9,967 nucleotides of DNA, taken from the IMG/VR virus record IMGVR_UViG_648276669_000002, positions 1-9,967 of that record. One strand, given 5' to 3'. The notes under the pieces were generated by a model. That model was not told the DNA's origin, ran no database searches, and saw nothing but the letters and a program-made list of their open reading frames with translations. Below are positions 1 to 6,144 of the stretch, piece after piece. This DNA is from a virus. Its lineage: Duplodnaviria; Heunggongvirae; Uroviricota; Caudoviricetes. Every line of letters begins with the position of its first letter. Positions within the stretch are counted from its first letter, which is position 1. Made by a program: the position numbers and the translations under genes.

Positions 1-113
1 TGCCTGGCTATTTTCGATTTGGTCTGGATTATTGGTAGTGCCTGTTCTTTCAAAGCGCATGATATTTGTGCATCCCATGCCTTTTCGAGAATGGCTAATT
101 GTTTTTTATTCAT
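1..113 (-). CDS. Partial gene (N-terminal 37 codons only, runs off the window); unknown product, downstream neighbour of the helicase in the replication/nin operon
   Basis: Minus-strand ATG at 113..111 overlaps the helicase stop (112..110) as ATGA; open frame continues to position 1 ([37 protein letters not shown]...). Too short for the ORF track. Confidence 0.4.
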   Translation of the reverse strand, partial: MNKKQLAILEKAWDAQISCALKEQALPIIQTKSKIAR

Positions 114-1486
114 ACGTCAGCCCCTTGTGCATATCGTCTGCCACGCGCAGCAGGTGCATTTGATGCTGTGCAAATCTGTCTGGCTTCATCCTGGTCACAT
201 GCAACAAAGTGTCCGTTGCAGAACCGCTGGTAAACCGTACCAAGCGAGCCAAAACGGTTTTTCGTCACAATGATTTCAGCAAAGGGCGCGGCGCTACTGT
301 TCTCGTCATATACCGCTTCCCGATAGAGCATGATGATTGAGTCTGCGTCCTGCTCAATGCTTCCTGAATCACGCAAATCTGCGTTTGTCGGGCGTTTGTT
401 TGGTCGCTTCTCAACATCGCGTGAAAGCTGGCTTAGGGAGATAACAGGCGTTTTCAGGTCTTTCGCCATCGCCTTCAGGCTTCCGGAGATGTGAGCAATT
501 GCAAGGTCGTTGCGGTCTGCTTTCGGCTTCTCAATCAGGCCAAGATAATCCGCCATGATGAGTGACAGGTTTGGATTTTCCTGTTTGTGCCGTTCTGCGA
601 TTGAGCGAATTTCTTCGACCGATAACCGCGAGGCATCGACTACCCATACATCCAAATCTGCAAGCTGACTCATGCCGTTAGCAACACGCGCCCAGCCTTC
701 GTCATCCATCGATGCAGGATTTCGCAGCACGCTAACCGACATCCTCCCGGCGTTGGCAATACTTCGCTCTGCAATCTGCAATGCGCTCATTTCCATTGAG
801 AAAATCAATACTCCGCGCCGGACGTCAGAACCAGGAATAACACGACTTGCAACGCCTTCGGCAATCTTCAGCGCCAGTTCGGTTTTCCCCATACCAGGAC
901 GAGCGGCGATAATCACCAGGTCTTCTGCGTTCATCCCTCCGGTGATTGCGTCAAGTTCTTCGATTCCGGTCTTCAGGGTATCTGACTCTTCTCCGTTCCT
1001 CAGACGCCTGTCAAGCGTGTCAGTGTAGTCAGTGATGATTTCCCCTAACCGTACAGGTTTAACCTCGTCACGGGGCTTTCTGATAGCTGAAAGACGCTTT
1101 ACAAGTTCATCCATCGCCTGACTCGATGCGTCGATGGTTCCGCTCTGAATTGGTTCACGCATTTCATCCATGATTTCCAGCACCAGACGGCGGTGATAGT
1201 TATCCGCGACCATTCCAGCATATCCCTTCAGGTTTGCGGCACTCGGGCAGTTTTTGCTGGTCATCAGGATTGACGTGAAATGCTCCTCTCCGCACTCCTC
1301 GGCAACCATCAGCGCATCGATTAGGTTTCTGTTTCTCGCCTGCTTGCGGATAACCTCGAAGGCTTTCCTGTAGAGCGGAATTGAAAACGCTTCCGGCTCC
1401 AGCGTTGCCAGAACGTCGCTGGCGGTTGGAGTTAATCCACCAATCAGCAGGCCACCGATAACGCTCGCTTCGATATCCTGTCTCAT
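110..1486 (-). CDS. DnaB-family replicative DNA helicase (phage P22 gene 12-type)
   Basis: 458-aa ORF with a DnaB-like N-terminal domain and a RecA-fold C-terminal domain carrying Walker A (ARPGMGKT). Its ATG (1486..1484) overlaps the stop of the upstream O-like gene as ATGA. Confidence 0.9.
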   Translation of the reverse strand: MRQDIEASVIGGLLIGGLTPTASDVLATLEPEAFSIPLYRKAFEVIRKQARNRNLIDALMVAEECGEEHFTSILMTSKNCPSAANLKGYAGMVADNYHRRLVLEIMDEMREPIQSGTIDASSQAMDELVKRLSAIRKPRDEVKPVRLGEIITDYTDTLDRRLRNGEESDTLKTGIEELDAITGGMNAEDLVIIAARPGMGKTELALKIAEGVASRVIPGSDVRRGVLIFSMEMSALQIAERSIANAGRMSVSVLRNPASMDDEGWARVANGMSQLADLDVWVVDASRLSVEEIRSIAERHKQENPNLSLIMADYLGLIEKPKADRNDLAIAHISGSLKAMAKDLKTPVISLSQLSRDVEKRPNKRPTNADLRDSGSIEQDADSIIMLYREAVYDENSSAAPFAEIIVTKNRFGSLGTVYQRFCNGHFVACDQDEARQICTASNAPAARGRRYAQGADV

Positions 1487-2304
1487 GCAATTCCCCTGTC
1501 TGCAAACTTCCCTTCACGAACTCCCGTTAACGAATCTTCTCTCAGCAGGTAATCAAAATCAGCCGTCCAGCCCGTGTCGTTGTCTCCGAAGTAAAACGGC
1601 TTGGCCTGATGCACAAACGCCCTGACATACACCCTGAAACCGTCCACGTTTGGCGTTTTCAGTTGCGGGATGATTTTTTTCAGGCGGCGTTTGCGTTTCT
1701 CGTTGACCGCAACAGCGTGTGGAAGTCTGTCACCGACTTCGGTGTTGTAGGCGTTCAGGAAGGATTCGTAGTCGATTCGTTCTGCCTTGCGACGTTCAGG
1801 TTTAACCTGCCCATCGCCGCCCCCGTTAGGGGGTAAGGGGGTATTTGTATTTATTGTCTTTTGTATATTGTCTTTTGTGTTTAGCTGACTTGGCTTATAC
1901 CCATTAGCTGACTTGGCTAATGTTTTATTAGCTGTTTTAGCTAATGTTAAGCTGTCCTGGCTAATCCACTGCGAAACCACCTTGTTCACTCCGATTTTCA
2001 CGCCATCAGCAATGAGGAATTTACGCTCAATAAGCTGGCGCTTGGCAGCGCAAACATGAGTGTGATGAATACCTGTCATGGCTGCTATCTGCGTGTTTGT
2101 GAGTCGATCCATCGGCTTATTGAATCCGTATGTCTTGCGCATGATAGCGAGCATCACCTTCAACTGCCGGACGGTTAAATCAGCCATCAGCAGACTGTCG
2201 GTAATCTCGTTAGCAACGCGCATGAAACCATCTTCGGTATCTGCCACGCGATGCTCCACGACCTCAAGTTGAGGCCTGTAATCAGCTAACTTAACGACGC
2301 CCAT
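1483..2304 (-). CDS. O: Replication initiator, lambda O-like
   Basis: 273-aa ORF whose N-terminal domain ([27 protein letters not shown]) matches, as I recall it, the lambda O DNA-binding domain (LTKRQFKVLLAILRKTYGWNKPMDRIT). AGGAG RBS 6 nt upstream of the ATG at 2304. Iterons sit inside the coding sequence, as in lambda. Confidence 0.9.
   Translation of the reverse strand: MGVVKLADYRPQLEVVEHRVADTEDGFMRVANEITDSLLMADLTVRQLKVMLAIMRKTYGFNKPMDRLTNTQIAAMTGIHHTHVCAAKRQLIERKFLIADGVKIGVNKVVSQWISQDSLTLAKTANKTLAKSANGYKPSQLNTKDNIQKTINTNTPLPPNGGGDGQVKPERRKAERIDYESFLNAYNTEVGDRLPHAVAVNEKRKRRLKKIIPQLKTPNVDGFRVYVRAFVHQAKPFYFGDNDTGWTADFDYLLREDSLTGVREGKFADRGIA
1854..1965. repeat. Replication origin inside the O-like gene: four iterons AGCTG-N6-GCT(A/T)AT plus a tandem TTGTCTTTTGT repeat
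   Basis: Iteron copies at 1883-1898, 1906-1921, 1930-1945 and 1950-1965 (agctgacttggcttat / agctgacttggctaat / agctgttttagctaat / agctgtcctggctaat); TTGTCTTTTGT at 1854-1864 and 1868-1878. Lambda ori likewise lies within O as iterons next to an AT-rich tract. Confidence 0.7.
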
Positions 2305-2452
2305 GTTTCACTCCTGCTTTGGCTAGTCTGTAAACACCAACAAGGCGCTCTGCGAACGCCCTGTTATTTGCTGCGGCTACCACTAATCCCTCAGGTGAAT
2401 CAGGGTGTCGAATCTCTTCTTTTTCCTGGTATTTCTTACGACGTTTTGTCAT
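2291..2452 (-). CDS. Small basic hypothetical protein (53 aa) between cII and O
   Basis: ATG at 2452..2450 preceded by AGGAG (revcomp of 2456-2460); [53 protein letters not shown]. Its 3' end overlaps the O start by 14 bp out of frame. The ORF track starts it at 2497, which would overlap the cII stop. Confidence 0.4.
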   Translation of the reverse strand: MTKRRKKYQEKEEIRHPDSPEGLVVAAANNRAFAERLVGVYRLAKAGVKHGRR

Positions 2453-2455
2453 AAT

Positions 2456-2529
2456 TACTCCTGTGGATTGATCCAGTCTTTCTACATCAGGCCTCAAAAC
2501 TGTTGCAGCAGTCTTGAGGCTTTTCTTTT
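2456..2529 (+). ncRNA. Candidate OOP-like antisense RNA covering the cII 3' end
   Basis: A strong plus-strand intrinsic terminator (2491-2529) sits antisense to the last ~14 codons of cII. A -10-like CATAAT at 2450-2455 lies about 70 nt upstream. Same geometry as lambda OOP RNA. The 5' end is inferred, not seen. Confidence 0.35.
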
Positions 2530-2765
2530 GTCAGCACCTTGGCTACTTTCTTTGCCAGTTCCGCCAATTCCTCGTCTTCAACACCCCACTCCAGCACAGC
2601 CAGAAGCATGGCCATCTTTGGGATAAAGCTGTCTTTCCATCGCGAAATTTGCGATTCATTAATCCCTAACGCGTCGGCAACCTTTCGCTGACCACGTACA
2701 GCAATTCGATTTAGGATGTTGCTTGTAATTGCATTCGCTTTCTTGCGAGTACTTGTAAGTTGCAT
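2487..2765 (-). CDS. cII: cII-like transcriptional activator (P22 C1 / lambda CII family)
   Basis: MQLTSTRKKANAITSNILNRIAVRGQRKVADALGINESQISRWKDSFIPKMAMLLAVLEWGVEDEELAELAKKV... aligns with lambda CII as I recall it (SQISRWK, LLAVLEWGV). Start at ATG 2765 with RBS region ttaaggaaatacttacatATG. The ORF track extends it falsely to 2852 across nutR. Confidence 0.85.
   Translation of the reverse strand: MQLTSTRKKANAITSNILNRIAVRGQRKVADALGINESQISRWKDSFIPKMAMLLAVLEWGVEDEELAELAKKVAKVLTKEKPQDCCNSFEA
2491..2529 (+). terminator. Rho-independent terminator, plus-strand specific, overlapping the cII stop codon
   Basis: Arms gcctcaa (2491-2497) and ttgaggc (2514-2520) with an inner actg/cagt stem, followed by ttttctttt (2521-2529). 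The minus-strand side has no T-tract. Confidence 0.7.
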
Positions 2766-2775
2766 ATGTAAGTAT
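2743..2775 (+). promoter_or_regulatory. Candidate pRE-type CII-activated promoter, antisense to cro
   Basis: TTGC-N6-TTGT at 2743-2756 inside the first cII codons, followed 8 nt later by atgtaagtat, the same -10 region context as the lambda pRE sequence I recall. A perfect TTGC-N6-TTGC also occurs at 2719-2732, so exact placement is uncertain. Confidence 0.35.
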
Positions 2776-2823
2776 TTCCTTAACAAATAAGAAGTTATAC
2801 GCACCAACTGATGCGCGTTGTAT

Positions 2824-2866
2824 TCCCGCATTTCGGCGGGAATGAGGACCATGACTGTTAAAGAGC
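2824..2866 (-). promoter_or_regulatory. nutR: boxA (2856-2866) and boxB hairpin (2824-2841) between cro and cII
   Basis: Minus-strand reading gives GCTCTTTAACA (boxA consensus CGCTCTTTAACA), a 14-nt spacer, then TCCCGC-CGAAAT-GCGGGA. The 18-bp boxB is identical to the copy downstream of PL. Confidence 0.75.
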
Positions 2867-2873
2867 AATTTGC

Positions 2874-3059
2874 TTATGCCGCTTTGCGATAAGCACTTTC
2901 TTGATACTTCAGGGCGCCAGCTGTAACGACTTCCAGTCGATAGGCGTCTTTCTCTGGGATGACTTCCTTCCACTGAGAGACTGCTGCATCGCTAATGCCT
3001 AACGCTTTAGCTACCGCACGCTGGGTTCCGAAGTGGTCGATAACATCTTTCTTGTACAT
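2874..3059 (-). CDS. cro: Cro repressor (P22 Cro-type)
   Basis: 61-aa MYKKDVIDHFGTQRAVAKALGISDAAVSQWKEVIPEKDAYRLEVVTAGALKYQESAYRKAA, nearly identical to P22 Cro as recalled. GGAG RBS 7 nt upstream; divergent from cI across the operator cluster. Confidence 0.9.
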   Translation of the reverse strand: MYKKDVIDHFGTQRAVAKALGISDAAVSQWKEVIPEKDAYRLEVVTAGALKYQESAYRKAA

Positions 3060-3073
3060 AGACTCGCTCCGAA

Positions 3074-3139
3074 ATTAAAGAACACTTAAATTATCTATCA
3101 AAGGAATCTTAAGTCAAGTTTATTTAAGATGTCTTAACT
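3074..3139. promoter_or_regulatory. OR1-OR2-OR3 operator cluster with divergent PR and PRM
   Basis: Three 18-bp near-palindromes AT(T/C)(A/T)AAG-N4-CTTAA(A/G/C)T at 3074-3091, 3097-3114 and 3122-3139. PR on the minus strand: -35 TTGACT (revcomp of 3112-3117), 16-bp spacer, -10 GATAAT (revcomp of 3090-3095). OR3 abuts the cI ATG, which has no Shine-Dalgarno, consistent with a leaderless PRM transcript. Confidence 0.75.
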
Positions 3140-3790
3140 ATGAATACACAACTGATGGGTGAGCGTATTCGCGCTCGCAGAAAAGAACTCAAGATTAGGC
3201 AGGCTGCCCTTGGCAAGATGGTTGGCGTGTCTAATGTTGCTATTTCCCAATGGGAGCGTTCTGAAACTGAGCCCAATGGCGAAAACCTATTGGCCTTAGC
3301 CAAGGCTTTGCAGTGCTCCCCTGATTACTTGTTGAAAGGAGAAGATAGTCTTTCAAACATTGCCTATCACAGCAGGCATGATCCAAGAGGTTCGTATCCT
3401 CTAATTAGTTGGGTAAGCGCAGGATGTTGGATGGAAGCTGTAGAGCCATATCATAAGCGTGCAATAGATAACTGGTACGATACAACCGTAGATTGTTCAG
3501 AAGATTCGTTTTGGCTGGACGTAAAGGGTGATTCGATGACGGCTCCAGCCGGTCTTAGCATCCCGGAAGGGATGATAATACTAGTCGATCCTGAAGTAGA
3601 ACCTCGTAATGGGAAGCTGGTAGTGGCAAAGCTCGAAGGAGAAAACGAGGCAACTTTCAAGAAGTTAGTTATTGATGCTGGCAGAAGGTTTCTAAAACCA
3701 CTTAACCCACAATATCCGATGATTGAGATCAACGGGAACTGCAAAATCATCGGTGTAGTTGTCGATGCAAAAATAGCAAACCTTCCATAA
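3140..3790 (+). CDS. cI: CI-type prophage repressor, P22 C2-like (HTH plus S24 LexA-like autopeptidase domain)
   Basis: 216 aa, near-identical along its length to P22 C2 repressor as recalled (MNTQLMGERIRARRK...GVVVDAKIANLP). HTH QAALGKMVGVSNVAISQWER; C-terminal domain with GDSM and downstream Lys. Confidence 0.95.
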   Translation: MNTQLMGERIRARRKELKIRQAALGKMVGVSNVAISQWERSETEPNGENLLALAKALQCSPDYLLKGEDSLSNIAYHSRHDPRGSYPLISWVSAGCWMEAVEPYHKRAIDNWYDTTVDCSEDSFWLDVKGDSMTAPAGLSIPEGMIILVDPEVEPRNGKLVVAKLEGENEATFKKLVIDAGRRFLKPLNPQYPMIEINGNCKIIGVVVDAKIANLP

Positions 3791-3810
3791 GGGGCATTCG
3801 CCCCTTTTTT
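3791..3810 (+). terminator. Rho-independent terminator directly after cI
   Basis: ggggc-attc-gcccc hairpin (3791-3804) followed by tttttt (3805-3810), starting 1 nt after the cI stop. Confidence 0.7.
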
Positions 3811-3853
3811 CTTTCCTTTAAAAATCAAAGCAAAACTTAAACTTCGCAATAAA

Positions 3854-3907
3854 ATTTAAGTTTTCTTCAAAAACACTCTTGACCACCAATTAAAGAAATC
3901 TTAAATT
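3854..3907 (+). promoter_or_regulatory. OL operators and PL promoter
   Basis: OL1 ATTAAAG-AAAT-CTTAAAT (3889-3906) and OL2 ATTTAAG-TTTT-CTTCAAA (3854-3871) match the OR pattern. -35 TTGACC (3879-3884), 17-bp spacer, -10 TAAATT (3902-3907), directed at N. Confidence 0.55.
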
Positions 3908-3953
3908 TAAGTCATCAGCAGGACGCTGGTAGCCAAACGGAACAGATTGGCAG

Positions 3954-3994
3954 GCTCTTTAACATTGATGGGATTGTCCCGCCGAAATGCGGGA
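3954..3994 (+). promoter_or_regulatory. nutL: boxA (3954-3964) and boxB hairpin (3977-3994)
   Basis: GCTCTTTAACA, 12-nt spacer, then TCCCGC-CGAAAT-GCGGGA, identical to the nutR boxB; about 45 nt downstream of the PL -10 and about 110 nt upstream of N. Confidence 0.75.
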
Positions 3995-4101
3995 ACCAAA
4001 GAGTAGTTGGCTTTGGGGTGACGTGAAGTGCAGCTGCACGACGGCAACCGGAAGATAAGCACCCGGCGCGTCACCGCCAAAGTCAATCATCGGAGGTCAA
4101 C

Positions 4102-4374
4102 ATGACAGTAGTCATTACATATCTGGCTGACGATAACGCCAGAAATAGCCGCAGAGCACGCAGACAGGCTCAACGTGAACAGGCAATGCAAGAGCAGCGA
4201 CTGGCGCGAAAGATTGCGCTAAAGCTCTCTGGTTGCGTCAGAGCAGATAAAGCAGCATCACTCGGAAGCCTTCGCTGTAAGGAAGAAGATGAACGCAGTG
4301 GAAGTATTTGCCTGCCAAACGTAGCTCTTTACGCGGCAGGCTACAGGAAATCAAAACAACTGACGGCGAGGTAA
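4102..4374 (+). CDS. N: N-like transcription antiterminator
   Basis: 90 aa with GGAGG RBS. N-terminus MTVVITY and C-terminus LPNVALYAAGYRKSKQLTAR resemble P22 gene 24 product as recalled. Arginine-rich motif NARNSRRARRQAQREQ near the N-terminus. First gene after PL/nutL. Confidence 0.8.
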   Translation: MTVVITYLADDNARNSRRARRQAQREQAMQEQRLARKIALKLSGCVRADKAASLGSLRCKEEDERSGSICLPNVALYAAGYRKSKQLTAR

Positions 4375-4376
4375 TT

Positions 4377-4670
4377 ATGGATATTTCATGTATTGAACAA
4401 TTACTAATTGAGAAAACGAAAGAAATGCTTGATGTATTGGACATAAAAATATCTGAGTTAAAAGATACACCCGCGACACAACTTATTCTCGAACGTAGTC
4501 GAAATAAATTCTTAGAGTTAAACCCTGACGTTCAAAATATAGCATCTAAACTGCTGGCTACATTGATTGAGAGAAATGCATTGTTATCGATGTCATCAGA
4601 TGAACGAAAAAAACTGGCGAACGAAGATGCTGCAACCATCCGCCAGGCATTCGAAATTTTGTTTTCTTAA
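4377..4670 (+). CDS. Hypothetical protein (97 aa), predicted helical, no recognisable family
   Basis: ATG at 4377 two nt after the N stop, with GAGG RBS inside the N 3' end; MDISCIEQLLIEKTKEMLDVLDIKISELKDTPATQLILERSRNK... The ORF-track start at 4308 would overlap N. Confidence 0.6.
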   Translation: MDISCIEQLLIEKTKEMLDVLDIKISELKDTPATQLILERSRNKFLELNPDVQNIASKLLATLIERNALLSMSSDERKKLANEDAATIRQAFEILFS

Positions 4671-4835
4671 TTACTTACTGTTTATTCTGATAATCTCATC
4701 AAGAATTTTTTCATAAACAACTGTGATTGGCTTTCCGTCAATGCCAGGGGCAAGATTACCGGCTCTGATAAGCTCAACAATAATCTGTTGAGCGGCTTCG
4801 TGTGGGTTGGTTTTAGGATTAACAATATCTGTCAT
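4671..4835 (-). CDS. Hypothetical small protein (54 aa), convergent with the PL operon
   Basis: Minus-strand ORF ending 1 nt from the stop of the 97-aa gene; MTDIVNPKTNPHEAAQQIIVELIRAGNLAPGIDGKPITVVYEKILDEIIRINSK. Weak RBS (AAGAAGGG). The alternative start at 4940 adds a Cys/His-rich 35-aa extension encoded by the direct repeats, which looks non-protein-like. Confidence 0.4.
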   Translation of the reverse strand: MTDIVNPKTNPHEAAQQIIVELIRAGNLAPGIDGKPITVVYEKILDEIIRINSK

Positions 4836-4975
4836 AACAAAGCCCTTCTTTTGACTGTGGAAACAACAGTCTACCCATTTCCTTTGACTGTGGAAAGTGA
4901 AGGAACCACCGAGCCTGATGTGGTTAAAAGACAGGCACAATCTTTACTACCGCAATCCACTATTTAAGGTGATAT

Positions 4976-5068
4976 ATGGAAGAAGAATTTGAAGAGTTCG
5001 AAGAGCATCCTCAGGATGTGATGGAACAATACCAGGACTATCCGTATGACTACGACTATTGATAAAAA
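4976..5068 (+). CDS. Possible 30-aa highly acidic micro-ORF overlapping the ral start
   Basis: AAGGTGA RBS then ATG 4976; MEEEFEEFEEHPQDVMEQYQDYPYDYDY; stop at 5066-5068 overlaps the ral start out of frame. Lambda has a comparably small ORF (orf28) near ral, from memory. Confidence 0.3.
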
Positions 5069-5246
5069 TCAATGGTGTGGACAATTCAAGCGATGCAATG
5101 GATGCAAGCTGCAATCGGAATGCATGGTTAAGCCTGAAGAAATGTTTCCTGTAATGGAAGATGGGAAATATGTCGATAAATGGGCAATACGAACGACGGC
5201 AATGATTGCCAGAGAATTTGGTAAACAGAATAACAAGGCTGCCTGA
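5046..5246 (+). CDS. ral: Ral-family restriction-alleviation protein
   Basis: 66 aa, MTTTIDKNQWCGQFKRCNGCKLQSECMVKPEEMFPVMEDGKYVDKWAIRTTAMIAREFGKQNNKAA; matches lambda Ral as recalled nearly residue for residue. Four Cys in CX6CX2CX5C spacing. Confidence 0.8.
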   Translation: MTTTIDKNQWCGQFKRCNGCKLQSECMVKPEEMFPVMEDGKYVDKWAIRTTAMIAREFGKQNNKAA

Positions 5247-5382
5247 TGGTGGCCTTTATTTTTGGCATAAACAACAGAATAAACACTGCACTGTGTATTC
5301 ATTCCAACGAGTGAATACACGGAGCAATGTCGCTCGTAACTAAACAGGAGCCGACTTGTTCTGATTGTTGGAAATCTTCTTT

Positions 5383-5408
5383 GCCCTCCAATGTGAGGGC
5401 GATTTTTT
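5383..5408 (+). terminator. Rho-independent terminator in the ral-ea10 spacer (tL2-like position)
   Basis: gccctc-caatgt-gagggc hairpin (5383-5400) followed by gatttttt (to 5408). Confidence 0.65.
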
Positions 5409-5428
5409 ATCTATGAGGATATGAATAG

Positions 5429-5797
5429 ATGTCAAACATCAAAAAATACATCATTGATTACGACTGGAAAGCGTCAATAGAAATTGAAATCGACCATGAC
5501 GTAATGACAGAGGAAAAACTTCACCAGATTAATAATTTCTGGTCAGACTCTGAATACCGACTCAATAAACACGGCGCTGTATTAAATGCTGTATTAATCA
5601 TGCTGGCGCAACATGCTCTGCTTATAGCAATTTCGAAAGACTTAAATGCATATGGTGTTGTTTGTGAGTTCGACTGGGATGATGGAAATGGTCAGGAAGG
5701 ATGGCCTCCAATGGATGGTAGTGAAGGAATAAGAATTACCGATATCGATACATCAGGAATATTTGATTCAGATGATATGACTATCAAAGCCGCCTGA
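5429..5797 (+). CDS. ea10: Ea10-like protein (lambda early-left operon protein of unknown function)
   Basis: 122 aa, MSNIKKYIIDYDWKASIEIEIDHDVMTEEKLHQINNFWSDSEYRLNKHG...; matches lambda Ea10 as recalled and sits in the same place (ral - ea10 - cIII). GAGGA RBS. Confidence 0.75.
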   Translation: MSNIKKYIIDYDWKASIEIEIDHDVMTEEKLHQINNFWSDSEYRLNKHGAVLNAVLIMLAQHALLIAISKDLNAYGVVCEFDWDDGNGQEGWPPMDGSEGIRITDIDTSGIFDSDDMTIKAA

Positions 5798-5872
5798 GCG
5801 CGGCTTTACCGCATACCAATAATGCTTCACGAGAGGCATTTTCGTTATGCAATCAAATATAAGGAGTTACCC

Positions 5873-6007
5873 ATGATGCACTTTCAGCTCGCGGGTAGCG
5901 GCGTCATGTCCGCTTTCTACCCGCACGAATCTGAATTATCACGCCGAGTTAAACAATTAATCAGAGCAGCAAAGAAACAACTGGAGGCGTTATGCGCAAT
6001 GAAATAG
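5873..6007 (+). CDS. cIII: cIII-like protein (FtsH inhibitor family)
   Basis: AAGGAG RBS then ATG 5873; 44 aa MMHFQLAGSGVMSAFYPHESELSRRVKQLIRAAKKQLEALCAMK. The ESELSRRVKQLIRAAKK helix parallels the lambda CIII core ESLLERITRKLRDGWKR. The ORF-track start at 5822 is an upstream extension. Confidence 0.65.
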   Translation: MMHFQLAGSGVMSAFYPHESELSRRVKQLIRAAKKQLEALCAMK

Positions 6008-6144
6008 CCATTAATCACCAGATGCTTCGTGCTGCACAGAACAAAGCAGTAATAGCCAGATTTATTGGTGATTCAAAAATGTGGCTTGAAGCAAATAAAG
6101 CGATGAAATCAGCTATCAACCTTCCGTGGTATCGCAGGAAATGA
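5992..6144 (+). CDS. kil: Kil-like small protein (50 aa); not in the ORF track
   Basis: GGAGG RBS then ATG 5992, overlapping the cIII 3' end by 16 nt in another frame; MRNEIAINHQMLRAAQNKAVIARFIGDSKMWLEANKAMKSAINLPWYRRK. The IARFIGDSKM segment resembles lambda Kil (IATFIGDEKM, from memory); lambda kil also overlaps cIII. Confidence 0.5.
   Translation: MRNEIAINHQMLRAAQNKAVIARFIGDSKMWLEANKAMKSAINLPWYRRK

Noticed and set aside
19-273. 84-aa plus-strand ORF at the window start
   Set aside because: Lies antisense across the helicase stop and the partial downstream gene; no RBS, Cys/His-rich low-complexity translation. Likely a shadow ORF.
672-1517. ORF-track entries 672..1028 (+) and 1200..1517 (-) inside the helicase gene
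   Set aside because: Fully embedded in the 458-aa DnaB-family gene in other frames; Ser/Arg-rich translations typical of out-of-frame reads.
1609-2272. Plus-strand ORFs 1609..1836 and 2078..2272
   Set aside because: Antisense to the well-supported O-like gene; no independent start signals.
2405-2973. ORF-track entries 2405..2626 (+), 2659..2973 (-) and the long versions 2291..2497 and 2487..2852
   Set aside because: They run across the antisense terminator, nutR and the cro stop; the shorter cII (2487..2765) and 53-aa ORF (2291..2452) with proper RBSs explain the coding signal.
3451-3849. 132-aa minus-strand ORF opposite cI
   Set aside because: Antisense to the near-certain repressor gene and runs through its terminator hairpin.
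4238-4444. 68-aa minus-strand ORF spanning the N / 97-aa gene junction
   Set aside because: Antisense shadow across two coupled genes; no RBS.
5069-5320. 83-aa minus-strand ORF opposite ral
   Set aside because: Overlaps ral antisense and extends into the structured spacer; ral identity is strong.
5787-5807. Hairpin aagccgc-ctgagc-gcggctt spanning the ea10 stop codon, considered as a terminator
   Set aside because: GC-rich stem but only three T residues follow, so it is at best a weak pause or attenuator; not called.
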